From positions 3,534,001 to 3,598,000 of the forward strand of contig NW_024704771.1 of assembly GCF_018977255.1 (NCBI RefSeq): a stretch of 64,000 bases of DNA, in the 5' to 3' direction. The position numbers and the translations under genes are program-made. Under the pieces are notes generated by a model, which had not been told where the DNA came from, did no database searches, and worked only from the letters and a program-made list of their open reading frames with translations. How positions within the stretch are numbered: the first letter of the stretch is position 1; every line of letters starts with the position of its first letter. Source of the stretch: Callorhinchus milii. Its lineage: Eukaryota. Of the stretch, positions 12,598 through 26,635 are shown one piece after another.

Positions 12598-13135
12598 ACC
12601 ACCAGTGACCACAACAAAGCCACACGGGCGAAGCGCCTTTCACGGCGGGAGGACGTCCCAAGGCGCTGGACGGGCAGCGTTACAACCCGAGCTGCGGGTT
12701 GGGGTGGGGGAGGGCGGGTGCCCGGCGGGCGGGTGCCCGGCGGCGGAGGCAGGGAGATGGAAAGCACGGTTGAGGAGGAGGGTTCCAAGGCGGGTCTTGG
12801 AGCTGGTGAGGGAGGGGCGAGACGGAGGAACTGCGGGATGGACTTCCAGAGGGTGGGAGCAGAGTGGTGGAAGGTCTGCCCGCCGGGACTGGGGTGAGCG
12901 CGGCGGGGGGACAAGGACAAGGCGGGGGGAGCCCACTGAGCGGAGGTAGCAAACAGGGTGGTAGGGGGTGAGGAGGTTGCAGGGTCAGGGGGGAGCACGA
13001 CCGTGGAGGGCTTTGAAGGTGAGGGCCAGGATCTTGAACTGTATCTCCTGTGTGATGGGGTGATAGGGTGGTGGAGCCTCGGGCGGGATAGGACACGGGC
13101 TGCAGGTGACGTGCTGCCATTTGCACGGCCAGCCA
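12598..13135 (-). mobile_element. L2 3' fragment
   Basis: Tail ...GGGACGTCCTCCCGCCGTGAAAGGCGC; ARVLSR-like coding remnant. Confidence 0.75.
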
Positions 13136-13514
13136 CCCTCAACCCCCGAGCCCGGGCGGCCGGAGACGGCTGCGGCAGTTGCTGAGTTCGGACGATACGC
13201 TGCCTCGTGTTTTCTTTTGGGCCAACTTATTAATAATAATTTGGTTACTCAATCCACGACGGTTTCTGGGACCCCGCTGTACACAATTGGCTGCCAATTT
13301 ATAATATACTCTGTGAAGCGCTTTAACACATCTCGGAGACTGGATAAGTCGCAAGCGAGAAGACCCAGGTTCAATCCCTGGGCACGGCGAAACATTAGGC
13401 AAGTTTCCTTACTCCATACGCCACTGTTTACCTAACAGTGAGTAGCAGCCAATTGTTAGTCGATCAGCTATATATTATATAATTATATATTATAGGTTAT
13501 ATTAGATATCATTA

Positions 13515-14985
13515 GAATATACAGGACAGAAACAGACCGTTTGGCCCAACCGGTCTACGCCGGTGTTTATGCTCCACATGAGCCTCCTCCTGCCCTCCCT
13601 CAACTAAGCCTTCAAGTATAACCTTCTATTCCTTTCTTCCTCATGTACCTATCGAGCTTTCCCTTAAATACACCTCTGCTATTTGCCTCAACAATTCCTT
13701 GTGATAGTATATTCCACATTCCCACTACTCTCTGTGTGAAGAAATTTCTTCTAACTTCCCTATTTGATCTATTTGTGACTATTTTATATTGATGGCCCTG
13801 GTTTTGGTCTCCCCCACCAGTGGAAACATCATCCTTATGTCCACCCTAACAAAATCTTTCATCATTTTAAAGATCTCTATCAGGTCACCCCTTACCCTCC
13901 TCTTTTCAAGAGAAGAGTCCAAGCATGTTCAGCCTTTTCTGATAGGTATAACCTTTCAGTTCTGGATCATCCTTGTGAATCTCCTTTGCACCCTCTCCAG
14001 TGTCTCTGCATCCCTTCCATAATGTGGGGACCAGAACTACACACAGTATTCTAAGTGGTCTAACCCAGGTTCTATAGACGTTTACCATGACTTCCCTTTT
14101 CATTTCTATCCCTCTAGAAATGAACCCCAAAGCCCGATTTGCCTTTTTTTATGGCCTTATTAACGTGTGTTGCTACTTTCAGTGAATTGTGTACGTGTAC
14201 CCGTAGATGCCTTTGCTCCTCTATCCCATTTAGGTTTTTATTTTCCAGGCTGTATGTGACTTCCTATTCCTTCTACCAAAATGTACCACCTCACACTTTT
14301 CTACATTGAAATGCATTTGCCATGTAAATGCTCATTCAGCAAGTTTATTAATATCTTGCTGTAATTTGTTGCAGTTGTCTGCAAATTTTTTAATTGTACT
14401 GTTGATCCTTGAGTGCAAATCATTAATGTATATTGTGAATAACAGTGATCCCAATACCGATCCTTGTGGAACACCACTGCTCACCCCCTGCCAGTCTGAG
14501 TAGCTACCCTTTACCCCTATGCTCTGGTTTCTGTTTTGTAACCAGCTTGCTATCCATTCTGCTATTTTCCCCCTGACTCCACATGCTCTGACCTTATTTA
14601 TTAGTCTATTATGTGGTACCTGATCAAACGCCTATTGGAAATCCAAATATATTACATCTACCGCATTACTCTTGTCTACTCTTTCTGTTACCCCTTCAAA
14701 GAATTCATTGAGGTTGGTCAAGCATGACCTTCCTTTTTGAAATCCGTGCTGACTATTCTTTATTATGATTTCTGTTTATAGATGTTTTTCTATTACCGCC
14801 TTCAGTAAGGATTCCATTATCTTTCTTAGCACTGATGTTAAGCTGACAAGTCTATATTTCCCTGGGCTTGTTCTATCTTCATTTTAAATATAGGTAAAGC
14901 ATTAGCTATCCTCCAATCCTCTGGCACTACTCCCTTTTCTAATGAGTTGTTATTATATGTGTAACAATGCCTTTGCTATCTCTTC
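13515..14985 (-). mobile_element. CR1-clade LINE 3' portion (RT end and 3'UTR)
   Basis: YRTWVRP.L..C...W.P remnant in ORF 13906-14130; CR1-type 3' end near 13520. Confidence 0.85.
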
Positions 14986-15463
14986 CTTTGATTATTATTA
15001 ATTATCCCTTCNAAAAAATTAAAATAAAATAATAATTTTGCCACACAATTCACGACTGTTTGTGGGACGCTGCTGTGCACAATTGGCTGCTGTGTTTCAT
15101 CCACAAAATACACAATTAATTCACCTTACATTATATTCTGTGAAGCAGTTTGAGACGCCTCGAATACGTGATAAGGCACTATATCAAATGCAAGGATTAC
15201 TATTGTTATTAGAATTTCCATACTATTGCAATGATTGCCAAGAGTAATGAATTGTTGTGGGGGGCTCTAACTTAAAAAAATCAAGACGCAATACACACTC
15301 AAGAGTGTTTTCTTCCTGGTTTCAGAAGTTCTAAAAGAGAAGAATGATGTGAATCAGTATTGCTGGAACAGCTAATGTTTATTGTAATACAATATGAATT
15401 TGGTAACAATTTTTGTAGCTATGGATGAATTTCCAGATTTTTGTGTATCAATTATGCAAAATA

Positions 15464-15990
15464 CTGCGGAAGCCGTTTAAACCAGGACACATCGGAATCG
15501 ACCGTTTTGTTCAACTTAAGTGCCGTCCGAGGTTAATTGAAGTTCCATTACCTCCTCCTTCCCATTGCCATTTCCACTGAATAGGAAGGGAACCAATTAG
15601 CAGCAGCTCCGAGGTAATTGACAGTCTGGAGCCGCTTGTGTGATGGATGGGCACTTCTCACAAGCGGTTTGAGTTGTCATTCAATCCAGATTTGACTCCT
15701 CACGTTCCCTTCCTTGTGTCTGCCCTGTCCCTTCACTCCCTTGCTGAGTGACAGCCGGAAACCACTGCTTGATGGCTGGAGTCCGCTGCCAATCAATCGC
15801 TATTGTATTCCTCCCATCTCCCTCCCCGAGCCCCTGGTGACACAGTGACTACAAAATGGTGTGGCATTTTGTACGGATTAACCGACGTTTTTAAGACCGG
15901 TGAGATTACAAATGAATCTGATCCGGATGTTTTATCCGATTTACCCAACACCCGGGCTTAATTGGTGTCCTGCTTAAGTGGCTTCCACCG
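15464..15990. mobile_element. Probable non-autonomous Tc1/mariner (pogo/Tigger-like) MITE
   Basis: Imperfect TIRs CTGCGGAAGCCGTTTAAACCAGGACAC / GTGTCCTGCTTAAGTGGCTTCCACCG with TA on both flanks. Confidence 0.6.
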
Positions 15991-17384
15991 TATTCAGAGA
16001 TTGACTGGTGCCTGCACGTCACCCTCCCCAAATCCATCACAACGTGGTCTAAAGATGACCACATTTTCGGAGTGTCAGCAGGCAGGATAACATTGCAAAT
16101 CTGATTTCTAATTGAAGACAGTATCATTAACAATTCAATACTGCAATCTGCAAGCTAGCCATTTTGTCTGTATCCTATCTTATTACTCTTTCTTTAAGGT
16201 GTTAAAGAGGTTAATTTGACATTGAATCTATGCAGGCTTTAAAGAAACAATTTATATAAATGAACACTTTAAAATTCTCATGTCCTACCATGCCAAGCAC
16301 TTGTAAGTCCTTCACAATAGAAAATGGTCAGAATAATTGAATCATTCCAGAAAAGAAGAAAAATAAATTATTGCTTAGAACACTGAGGTTTAAAAGAAAG
16401 GTCATCCTAAAAGTAGCCATAATGATTCCTCCGATATCAGTCACCTGCAAAGAAACAAGTAAATCAGCATATCTGGAAGAATTTGTCTTCACGATTATTA
16501 GTGGAGTCCCGTAGCGTCGTGGTTAGCGCACTCGCCTCGCAAGCGAGAGAACCTGGGTTCGTTTCTTGGGTGGGGTAAAACCTTAGGCAGGTCTCTTGGA
16601 AGAGATATTCGGATGCAGAAGACCAATACAATGGTGTAATAATCCAACGTTTATTATAATACAAGCAGCTTAACTTATTCTTAAAACTAAGACCATAGAT
16701 ATAGTAGAATCAATATAGATTCCAATGGGAAGAGCGCTGACCCTCTATTTCAAAGTTACATCTTTCTTCTACACAACATAGTGTGTTTCTAACTCCACCT
16801 CCCCTTGTCACAGAGATAGCCCTTCGCAGGCTGCTTTGCAGAGAGAGAGATGGGCAACTTCTGGGCAGTCTTTCACACCCTGCGTGTTTCTCAGCCTTGA
16901 TATAGGCAGGTGTCTGAGGCTTTAGGCGTTTCTTTCTGTGGTCCATTGTTATGACATCTATGCTCAAGGATTCGATTGCTCATTATCTCAGAGGAGTCAA
17001 CATCTTTCCAGGACAATATGAAATGTAATCAGAAGCTAAACTCAACCGGACCAGCAAAGCTACTTTTAACTCCTGCTAAGCTAGACATTAAATCAAATAA
17101 ACCTTGTTAAAGGATTATGGGTAGGTTACATTCTAATAAAACTTAATTAAAATCGTTAAAAAACATTAAACATCACAAATATAATCTTACGTTTCCTTAC
17201 TCCACGTTCCTCTGTTTACCCAGCATCAAGTAGGAACCCATTTGCCGGTCAATTGGCAGATTGCTTTGAGGGGGTAATCATCCCTCAAAAAAAATTGGGA
17301 CACTGCTAAGCACAATTGGCTCTCACGTTTCACCCACAGAATGCACAGTCAATCCGCTTTACAATATATTCTGTGAAGCGCTTC

Positions 17385-17670
17385 AGGTGAGATGTTAAGA
17401 GTACCCCCATCTATCTGTCTGTTCAGATGGATGTTAAAGATCCCACGGCACTGTTTGAAAAGAGGAGGAAGTTCCTCTCTCCCAGTGTTCCAGCCAACAA
17501 TCTCACAAGAGAAATTGGTCGTTCACTTTATTGCCTGTTTGTGGGATACTGCTGTGGCTGATCATTAAATTAAATGGCTGATTTAATTATGTCTTGCCGA
17601 CAAAACACAGTCACAACACTTTACAGTACATGCTATGAAGCGCTTTGAGACATCCTCCCGAAGTGAAAAG
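17385..17670 (+). mobile_element. Old DeuSINE fragment retaining the 5' part of the Deu domain (SacSINE1/AmnSINE1-like)
   Basis: GGATGTTAAAGATCCCACGGCACTGTTTGAA...TGTTTGTGGGATACTGCTGTG. Confidence 0.6.
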
Positions 17671-18191
17671 TGTAAACGTAACACTTACTATTATTCACCT
17701 TGGACCGATAAAGCCTGTAGCAATTTTTTAATGTTTCCTTTTGTATTTTTGTGGTCTTACTTTCCAGTTCGACACTGTAATTAAAGTAAATACAGTAATA
17801 GTAATATACAATGTTCTAAATTTGACTTTTGTCAAAAAAATCACAGTATCATAGAATCTTACAGCACAGAATCCCATCGTGCCTGTGCCATCTATTTTTC
17901 CCATAGCCTTGGAATTTTTTTTCAAGTACATATCCAATTCCCTTTTCAAAGTTATTATGGAATCTGGTTCCACCACCCTGTCAGGCAGTACATTCCGGAT
18001 CATAACAACTTGCCTCGTGAAAAAATTTGTCCTGATCAAATCTCTGATTCTTTTACCAATTATTTTAAATCTGTGTCTTCTGGTTACCGATCCACCTACG
18101 AGGAGAAACAGCTTCTCCTTATTTACTCTGTCAAAACCCCTCATAATTTTGAACACCTATAAATATCCCCTGAAACTTCTCTGCTCTAAGG

Positions 18192-18256
18192 CTAACATTC
18201 CAGAAGATATTTGTATGAGTCCTCTTTAACAAGTTTATTTCTGTGCTTACAAAAAC
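18192..18256 (-). CDS. Candidate gene B terminal coding exon: sFCKHRNKLVKEDSYKYLLEC*
   Basis: TCTCCTAG acceptor, phase 1 open to TAG; not supported by paralog similarity. Confidence 0.45.
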
Positions 18257-19082
18257 CTAGGAGATACAGACTCAAAAGAATAGTGTTGGTCCATTAAAGA
18301 CTTTAGTAGTGGGGCGAACATTATCTGGCAAAATATATGAATACGTTTTATGAATTGATGGCTGTGATGTTTTGATATTGCTGATTATAATTCTATTGAT
18401 ACTTAGATGTTGAATGAACCTGGGAAGCAATAGTCAAAATTGTGATATCCCAGTGGAAATCTAAGGCCTTTTCCATTGGATAGAGTGGCACAGGAATACT
18501 CCCCAAAAAAATGCAAACAGACAAGATAACTTGTGCATTTTAATTTATCCACCCAAATTTCTCCCCAATTACACCACTGATCCCTTCATGCCCTGGCACA
18601 TCCCTACCTCTCCAGTCTGCTTACTCCCCAACCCACTATCCGTTGCCTCTACTAAGCCGGCTCTGGCCTCCTGCTTGTCCCTCGTGCCCTCCATTCCACC
18701 ATTGGTGGCCACACTTTCAGTCACTACGTCCTGAAACTCCAACATCTTGCGCTATCCGTCCACCTTGTCCCCTCCTTCCCCATCTTCATGTCGCACATGA
18801 AGACCCTCCTCTTTGAGCACATCTATGGTCACCTCTCCCCGGATCGGCCTTGTGATCCGCCACTGACAAGAGTTATGGGACACTACCCTGGATGATTTAA
18901 TGTCACATTTGCTATGTAATGCATTTAATTTCATCCTCATTGAATCAATGTAAGTATAGAAGGCATTGGACATAGTCAGAATACTTCAAATTCATTAAAG
19001 TCAATAATGCAAAACAATGTGCCTAATATATATTTTAGTTCTGCTAATGATCTGAAAGTATAATTGTATAACTGATACTTAC

Positions 19083-19190
19083 TGAGCTTGACAAAATAGA
19101 GAACCATTACTCCCATGATAGAGATATAGACTTCCATTATAATAATATTGGTTGTTGCTATCACCATACCTGGATCTCTGCATTTGGTAA
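19083..19190 (-). CDS. Gene B TM5 exon (108 nt): vTKCRDPGMVIATTNIIIMEVYISIMGVMVLYFVKL
   Basis: TGTCCACAG acceptor, A|GTAAGT donor. Confidence 0.85.
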
Positions 19191-19318
19191 CTGTGGACAT
19201 AAATTTTAATTACAATTCAAAGCTTAGTTCAAACATATTCCTTTTTTTTGGTCAGTCAGGTGTAGAATGTAGAAACATACTTAAGCAAACTGAGAATTCC
19301 ATGCATTCCACCTACACA

Positions 19319-19654
19319 TGGAGTCCTGTAGCTCAGTGGTTAGAGCACTCGCTTTGCAAGCAAGCGAGAGACCTGAGTTCAATTCCAGGCAGAGGGCGAA
19401 ACGTTGGGCAAGTTTCCTTATTCCACACGCCTAATAATAATCCCTCCAAAACCCAAAACAATAATAAATTGGTCATTTTCAATCTACGACTGTTTGTGGG
19501 ACATAGCTGTGCGCAATTGGCTGCCGCGTTCGCCCACAAATATACAGTCAATTCACTTTACAGTGTGTTCTGTGAAGCGCTTTGGGACGTCCTCCTGACG
19601 TGAAAAGCGCTATATCAAATGCAAGGATTATTATTATTATTATTATTATTATTA
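19319..19654 (+). mobile_element. Young tRNA-headed Deu-domain SINE inserted into an older unclassified repeat
   Basis: Near-identical to the 1595-1923 copy; 4-nt GCAA duplication in the head. Confidence 0.85.
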
Positions 19655-21509
19655 TAAATGCTCACTCATCCATGAGCATGCGCACTCTTTCCCTGAAGGG
19701 ATGTATCCTACTTACTGAATTCCAGAAAGGTTGGCAAAGGTCAAGGCTTGGAGAACCCAGAGGGTGCATTGAGGTAACTGCTGGAGTCTAACCAGCGAAA
19801 ACCGCGTAACTTAAATAATAATAATAATCCTTGCATTTCATATAGCGCTTTTCATATCTTCTAGACGTCTCAAAGTGCTTCCCAGAATAGACTGTAAAGT
19901 GAATTGACTGTATATTTGTGGGAGAAACACAGCAGCCAATTACACACAGCAGTGTCCCACAAACAGTCATGGATTGAAATGACCAATATATTATTGTTTT
20001 TCTTGAGGGATTATTATCAGGAGTATGGAGTAAGGAAACTTGCCCAAGGTTTCACCCTGCCGGGAATCGAACCCAGGTCTCTCGCTTACAAAGCGAGTGC
20101 TCAAAACTACTGAGCTACAGGACTCCACATCGATATTGCTGACTGGCAAGCTTTCCTGGTGCAGTCCATCAGGGACCATCCTACCCATTAGGGCTTTGGC
20201 TTGCAGGGTTAACAGGAGCTGAGTGGGAGGATTCCCTGCCCTAGCGCCGGGTCTATCCTTCCAAATACTGCCGATGATCCATGATGGCTGTGCGGAGGTG
20301 ACAAGGGATAAGCAGGAGGCCAGAGCCAGCTGAGCAGAGGCAATAGGAGTGGAGTGGGAAGAAAAGGTCAACAACAACTTATAACGTTTAGCTCCCTCCA
20401 TTCAGGGTAACACCTCAGAGCACTTAACAGTGGCAGAGCCTGACTCCTAGCCGCGGGGGAGAGGGGAGTTGGCCGTAGGCACAGTCGAAGAGGAAAGGTT
20501 TCAGGCAGGACTTGAAAGAGGGGAGAGAGGGAGCAAGGCAATGGGATTTAGGGAGAGTCTTTCAGAGTCTTTCATAGTGGCTGAAAGCATGACCTTGAAT
20601 GGTAGGGAGGAGGGTGCAAGGAATGCAAGGAACTGGCTGGTGCCAGTTCTGCAGAGGCGCCGGTTGATGGATTGGGAAGTGAGGAGGTCGGAGAAGTAGG
20701 GAGGTGCCAGAGAGTGAATGGATTTGAACACGAGAGTGAGGATCTTCAAGTCGATCCATTCAGTGGAGCCTGGCCAGAATTGGTGACATGTGGGTATGGA
20801 GCTTGGTCCGGGTCAGCTTATGGGCAGCAGAGTTACAAAGGTAGGGAGATGCCAAGGCATTGGATTTGTAGACAAGTGAGAGGATCTTGAAATCAATCCA
20901 TCCTCACCCTCAAAGCTCTCCATGGCCTCATTGCCCCTACTTCTGCGACCTTTTAAGCCCTGCCATCTTCACATCCACCGCGACGCCCGCCCTATCATTG
21001 GTGGGCGGGCCTTCTGCCACTCCGCCCTACCCTCTGCCACCACAGTCCCTCCACCTCACCCTCTCCCTTGCCTCCTTCAAAATCCCAAGACCCTGTCTTC
21101 GACCATGCCTTCGGTCACCCTCCTCCCCCACCCCAGCCCTCCACCCGCCCCGATCCCGATCCCAGCTTGGGTCCAAAACATTGATTGCCCAGTGCCTTGG
21201 CACGTCCTTCTGATGTGAAAGGCACTGTACAAATGTAATTTTGTTGTTATTTGTTGTTCTGTGAGCAATGAAGTAATGGAAATGTGGAAACATAGGAACA
21301 AGTGGAGGCTATTCAGCCCCTCGAGCCTGTTCTGCCATTCTATTAGATTATAGCTGATCTATACCTCAAGTCCAATTATCTGCCTTTGCCCTATATCTCT
21401 TAATACCCTGACGTAATAACTATCTAATCCACCTCAGTTTTGAAAATGTGAATGGATCCAGCCATAATCCACAGCATTTTGGGGAAGAAAGTTCCAGATT
21501 TCCAACAAG

Positions 21510-23260
21510 AAGAAGATTAATTTGTTTAGCGCCTTTCACATCGGGAGGATGTCCCAAGGCGCTGGACAGTGTACAGCCTTTCAGGCTCGTGCTGGGGTAA
21601 GGAGGGGAGGGGAATGGGGATAACTGATGGCATGGTCGAAGAAGAGCGTTTTGAGGCGGGACTTGAAGGAGGCTAAGGATGGGGCGAGGCGGAGTGACTG
21701 GGGGATGGAATTCCAGAGGTTGGGGGCAGAAGTTTGGCTGAAATCTCTCCTGCCAATGGTGAGGTGGGTGGGTCGGGGGCAATGAGCAGGCTGGAGCCGG
21801 CTGAGCGGAGGGAGCAGGTAAGTTGGTAGGGGGTTAGGAGGTTGCAGAGGTAGGGTGGGTCGAGGCCAAGGAGGGCTTTGTAGGTGAGGACCAGGATCTT
21901 GAACTGGATCCTTTGAAGGATAGGGAGCCAATGGAGTCGGCCGAGAATGGGGGAGATGGGGTCACGGAGTTTGGTGTGGGAGAGGACACGGGCTGCAGAG
22001 TTCTGGATTATCTGCAGACTGTGGAGGGAGGAGTTGGGAAGGCCAATAAGCACAACGTTTGCATAGTCGAGCCTGGAGGTGATGAAGGCATGAACAAGAG
22101 TTTCAGCGGCCTAAGGGATGAGGCAGTGGTGGAGTCGGGTGATTTATGGAGGTGTGGGAAGGCAGAGCGGGTCATGGCTTGGATGTTGGGAAGAAAAGAC
22201 AGTTGAGGATTGAACAAGATACCCAGGTTCCCGACTGTCTGGTGAGTTGTAGTGTGCAACCATGGAGGTTGATGCTGCCAGAGCCTGAGGTGCTGAGGCA
22301 CTGGCGTGAGCCGATCAGGAGGGCCTCAGTCTTGTTCATGTTCAGCTGCAGGAAATTTGCCCTCATCTAGGACTTGATGTCCCACCGCAGTCTGTCAGGA
22401 CAGCAGTGGTCCTGGAGTTGAGGGTGGAGGCAGAAAGATAGAGTTGGGTGTCATCCGCATACATATGGAAGTTGACGCATGTCAGCGGATGATGTCACCA
22501 AGGGGGAGCATGTAGATATTAAAGAGGAAAGGGCCAAGGACAGAGCCCTGGGGGACACCAGACGTGACAGTGTGGGTTAGAGGAGAAACCGTTAAGAGGC
22601 AAAAGTGGAGACAGTGAGGGAGATAGGAATCGAACCAGGCAAGGGCAGGTCAGAGAAGATTAAGTAAAGAGGAGAGGTGGTGAATGAGGATGGAGTGGTC
22701 GAAGTGGACAAGGAGGCAGAGGGAGCCCTGATCACAGATGTTCAAAATGTCATTAGTGACTTTGACCAGGCCTGTTTCTGTGCTGTGGGCAGCGTGGAAG
22801 CCGGATTGGAGGGGTTCAAAGAGGGAATGGCGAGAAAGAAAGGAGCTGAGCTGGGACGCGACAACTTGTTCCAGAAACTTGGAGAGGAATGGGAGGTTAG
22901 AGATGGGGGCGGCTGGAGAGGAGGGATGGGTCCTGGGAAGATTTTTTCAAATGGGGGTGATGGCGGCTGTTTTTGGGAGGGTGGGAACTGAATCGGTGGA
23001 CAAGGAGAGGCTGATGACGTCGGACAGGAGAGGGGCTAGAAAGTGGAGCTGAGAGATGAGGAGAGAGATTGGGATAGGATCGAGGGAGCAGGTGGTGGTT
23101 TTGAATTTGTGAACAATTGCGGTGAGGTAGGAGGAAGAGATAGGGTCGAAGGAGTATAGGGGGGGATGGATGGGGGCTGGGGCATGAGGGAGAGGTGGTG
23201 TGGGGGTGGCCGTTGACAGGGCAGAGGTGGCTGAGTGTATCCCCTCGATTTTGGATTCCA
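21510..23260 (-). mobile_element. L2 LINE fragment (RT region)
   Basis: RANFLQLNMNKTEALLIG, IQNSAARVLSHTK, FKTTTCSLDPIP. Confidence 0.88.
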
Positions 23261-23369
23261 CTATCCATTGCGTGAAAAACTGCCTCCTAATTTCACCCCA
23301 GCAGTTAATTATACTTTAGTTTTTTCCTATGACTCTATTCAGAGTTTTTCATTTGTATGAAATACTCAC

Positions 23370-23450
23370 CAATTAGGTATGCTTTTCGTATCAGGTTACA
23401 TGAAACGATTACAGAAAAGGCTCCATTTGAGAGAAAAACGCTCCCAATAT
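23370..23450 (-). CDS. Gene B TM4 exon (81 nt): yIGSVFLSNGAFSVIVSCNLIRKAYLI
   Basis: TTGCTCTCAG acceptor, G|GTGAGT donor, exact paralogous length. Confidence 0.8.
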
Positions 23451-24575
23451 CTGAGAGCAAATGAAATTAGATTATTTTTAAAAATGGAACATCATAGAAT
23501 CTTACAGCACAGAAGGAGGCCTTTTGGCCCATCATGTCTGTGCCGGCTCTTTGAAAGAGCTGTCCAAATAGTCGCACTCTCCCGCTCTTAACCCATAGCC
23601 CTGCAATTTTTTTGTTTTCAAGCACATATCCAATTCGCTTTTGAAAGCTTATCGAATCTGCTTCCACCACACTTTGTATTCCATGTGGAAATATTTGGAA
23701 GAGAATTGTTTTTGTCACAAACAACCCATTCACCTCTCCAATGTAACGATTTGATCCATTTTGCTATATCCTTAAATATTTTCACATTGTGAGATTGATA
23801 TAATTTATATCATGCAATGATTAGATGCAAAAGCTTTTTCTCCATCTTTCTAAGGTGGTATGTACAGAATATAGAATACACTTTGCCCAAATAGAAATCT
23901 TCAAAATCATTTAATATGGTTTAGTAAAGTGTAGGAAGTCACCTGTTTTCCATTGCTTGGTCCAGTCGTCTATATTGCTGACAATCTTTTATAATGGGGA
24001 AATGTAAATTGTACTCCCAAAAACAATTTAACTGACCATTATAATTTAGTTATTAACTCATCAACACCAACAACAAATTACATTTTCATAGCGCCTTTCA
24101 TGTCAGGAGAATGTCCCAAGGGATTTGTACCCGAGCTGGGGGTCCAGATCAGGAGGAGTGGAGGGCAAGGAGAGTGGGGGTAGGAGGGTGACTGAAGCTG
24201 CGGTTGAAGAGGAGGGTCTTGAGAAGGGTTTTGAAGGAGGCAAGGGAGGGAGCAAGGTGAAGTGACTGTGCAAAACATGCAATCATTACTCACAAAGCAG
24301 GTGGGGCAAGGGGAGAGAGGGTTTTAATTTTGCAATTTGAACCCAATGTCCTGACTAGAAAGAGAAACAGAATTTCAAATATCTTGCAGGTGCCAGTTCT
24401 TTGAAAGAGCTGTCCAGCAAGTCCATCATCCCACTCTTACCCCATAACATGCAATTTTTTTCCAGTACATATCGAATTCCCTTTTGAAAGTTAATTTTGA
24501 ATCTGCTTCCACCAACCTTTCAGGCGGTGCATTCCGGATCGTAACAACTGCGTAAAAAAAAATCTCCTCACTTAC

Positions 24576-24704
24576 ATTGGTTTAACAAAAATGAAGCTGT
24601 TAGTCTGATTTGAGGACGCAAGAAAAGGAAACCAGCATAGCTCATGATTCCCAAATTCAATCCGCATACTAATCCTGAGAAAATCCTGTACCCCAAGCCA
24701 ATAT
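24576..24704 (-). CDS. Gene B TM3 exon (129 nt): dIGLGYRIFSGLVCGLNLGIMSYAGFLFLRPQIRLTASFLLNQ
   Basis: CATTTCTAG acceptor, T|GTAAGT donor. Confidence 0.9.
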
Positions 24705-25759
24705 CTAGAAATGACAAGATAAAGTATATGGTCAAATGGAGAGTTTAAAACTGCAATCTGATTCATAGAACCTTACAACACAGAAGGAGGCCTATAGTGC
24801 ACCTATAGTGCCCCTTCCAGCTCTTTGAAAGATTCATCCAAGTAGGCTCACTCCGCTGCTTTTACCTCATAGCCTTACAAATGTTTCATTTTCAAGTACA
24901 TATCTAATTCCCTTTTGAAAGCTGCTTTCAGGTAGTGCATTCCAGATCGTAACACCTCGACGCGTTAAAAAAAATTCATCATCTCCCCTCTGGTTCTTTT
25001 GCCAATTATCTTAAATCTGTGTCCTCTGGTTACTGACTCACTTACCACAGGAAACAGTTTCTCCTTATTTACTCAATCAAAACCTCTCATGATTTTAAAC
25101 ACCTCTATTGAATCTCCTCTTAACCTTCTATGCTTCAAGGAGAGCAATCCCAATCATTATATATCATTCCTGCTGCAAGAAAAACAATCTGTTTGGGTCT
25201 GAAATTTACAATTTACAATCAAATTCTTACAATAACACTGACAATAACAAATTACAAGTACAATGATTTTACTTTGACACAGAATTCACACATTAATTTT
25301 CATGTCGGGAGGTCATCTCAAAGTGCTTCATACAGTATAATGGGAACCTGGCTTGGGGGACAGTGGGGGTGAAGAGAAGATGCCTAACGGTTGATAATCT
25401 TGATTGATAAACAAATATACATCATCAGGCGGGTTTTGAATGTGAGGAGGGAGGGAAGAGACAAGGCAGAGGAACTCTTGGATGGAGTTCCAGAAGGCGG
25501 GAATAGAATGTCCAAAAGTGCACCCACCGATGGTGAGGCAGACAGGGTGAGGTGGAAAGCGCAAGGAACGTGAAGCAGACTACAGTTGAGTATTCAGGCT
25601 CCCACCATCATGGAGGAGCCAGGCAATCTGTAAGGAACTAGGAACTTGGCACAGAAATGAGGCCTGTTTCTAGCACAGTGGCAGCTGGTTAAACCCTCCT
25701 CCCATTGCCTCCCTTGCTTCTTCCTCATTCCTCCACCCCCTCACTGATTGACAGCCCAA

Positions 25760-26420
25760 TATCATTTGTCAAACATGAGTTTTTTGAGGATATTTCCAGT
25801 AAACTGGATAAGGGTGAATCAGTGGATGTGGTCTATTTGGACTTCCAGAAGGCATTCGATAAGGTGCTGCATAAAATGTTAGTCCAAAAGATAAGGGCCC
25901 ATGGAATTGGGGGGAGCATATTAATGTGGATTGGGGAATGGTTAATGGGTAGAAAACAAAGAGAAGTGATAAACGGGTCCTTTTCAGATTGGTGGGATGT
26001 GACTAGTGGAGTACCACAAGGATCAGTCCTTGGGCCTCAGCTATTTACCATCTACATCAACGATCTTAATGAGGACATCGAACTTAATATATCTAAATTC
26101 GCGGATGACACAAAACTAGGAGGAAGTGTCAACACAGAGGATGATATTAAAAAAATGCAGCGAGACATAGATAGGTTAGGTGATTGGGAAGGTAGGTGAC
26201 AGATGAAGTATAATGTAGGGAAGTGCAAAGTCATCCACCTAGAAGGGGTGTTTTTTTTTAGAAGGGGAGAGATTGGAATGTGTTAGCGTCCAGAGGGACT
26301 TGGGTGTCCTTGTACACCAATCACAGAAAGTTAGTCTGCAATTAGGAAGGCGAACGGTATGTTAGCATTCATTATGAAAGGATTAGAGTATAAGAGTAGG
26401 GAAGTCTTGCAACTGTATAG
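25760..26420 (+). mobile_element. CR1 RT fragment
   Basis: VDVVYLDFQKAFDKV...[21 protein letters not shown]...KFADDTKLG. Confidence 0.92.
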
Positions 26421-26533
26421 GTGAATCTATATCTGTGAAGCACTTTGAGGGATTTCACCATATCAAATGCAAGAATGATGTTTTAAATTATAGAAATAGG
26501 TGGAAATTTGAACCATCAAAACAGACAACTTAC

Positions 26534-26635
26534 CTTTGGTTAAGATGGACAACAGAGATGCAATTAATAGACAAACCAAGGCAAATATTTGAAATAGCAT
26601 AAAAATTGCAGTGAATTTCTCATGGTACTTGTAAA
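26534..26635 (-). CDS. Gene B TM2 exon (102 nt): vYKYHEKFTAIFMLFQIFALVCLLIASLLSILTK
   Basis: ATTCATAG acceptor, G|GTAAGT donor. Confidence 0.9.

Noticed and set aside
16710-17110. 85-aa ORF or possible solo LTR downstream of gene B
   Set aside because: No recognisable domain, no TSD or clear TG...CA ends, no second copy; may be 3'UTR or intergenic
19319-19400. tRNA-Ala(TGC)-like sequences (also at 50519, 45091 and the reverse copies)
   Set aside because: Each continues into a Deu core and LINE-like tail, so these are SINE heads and not tRNA genes
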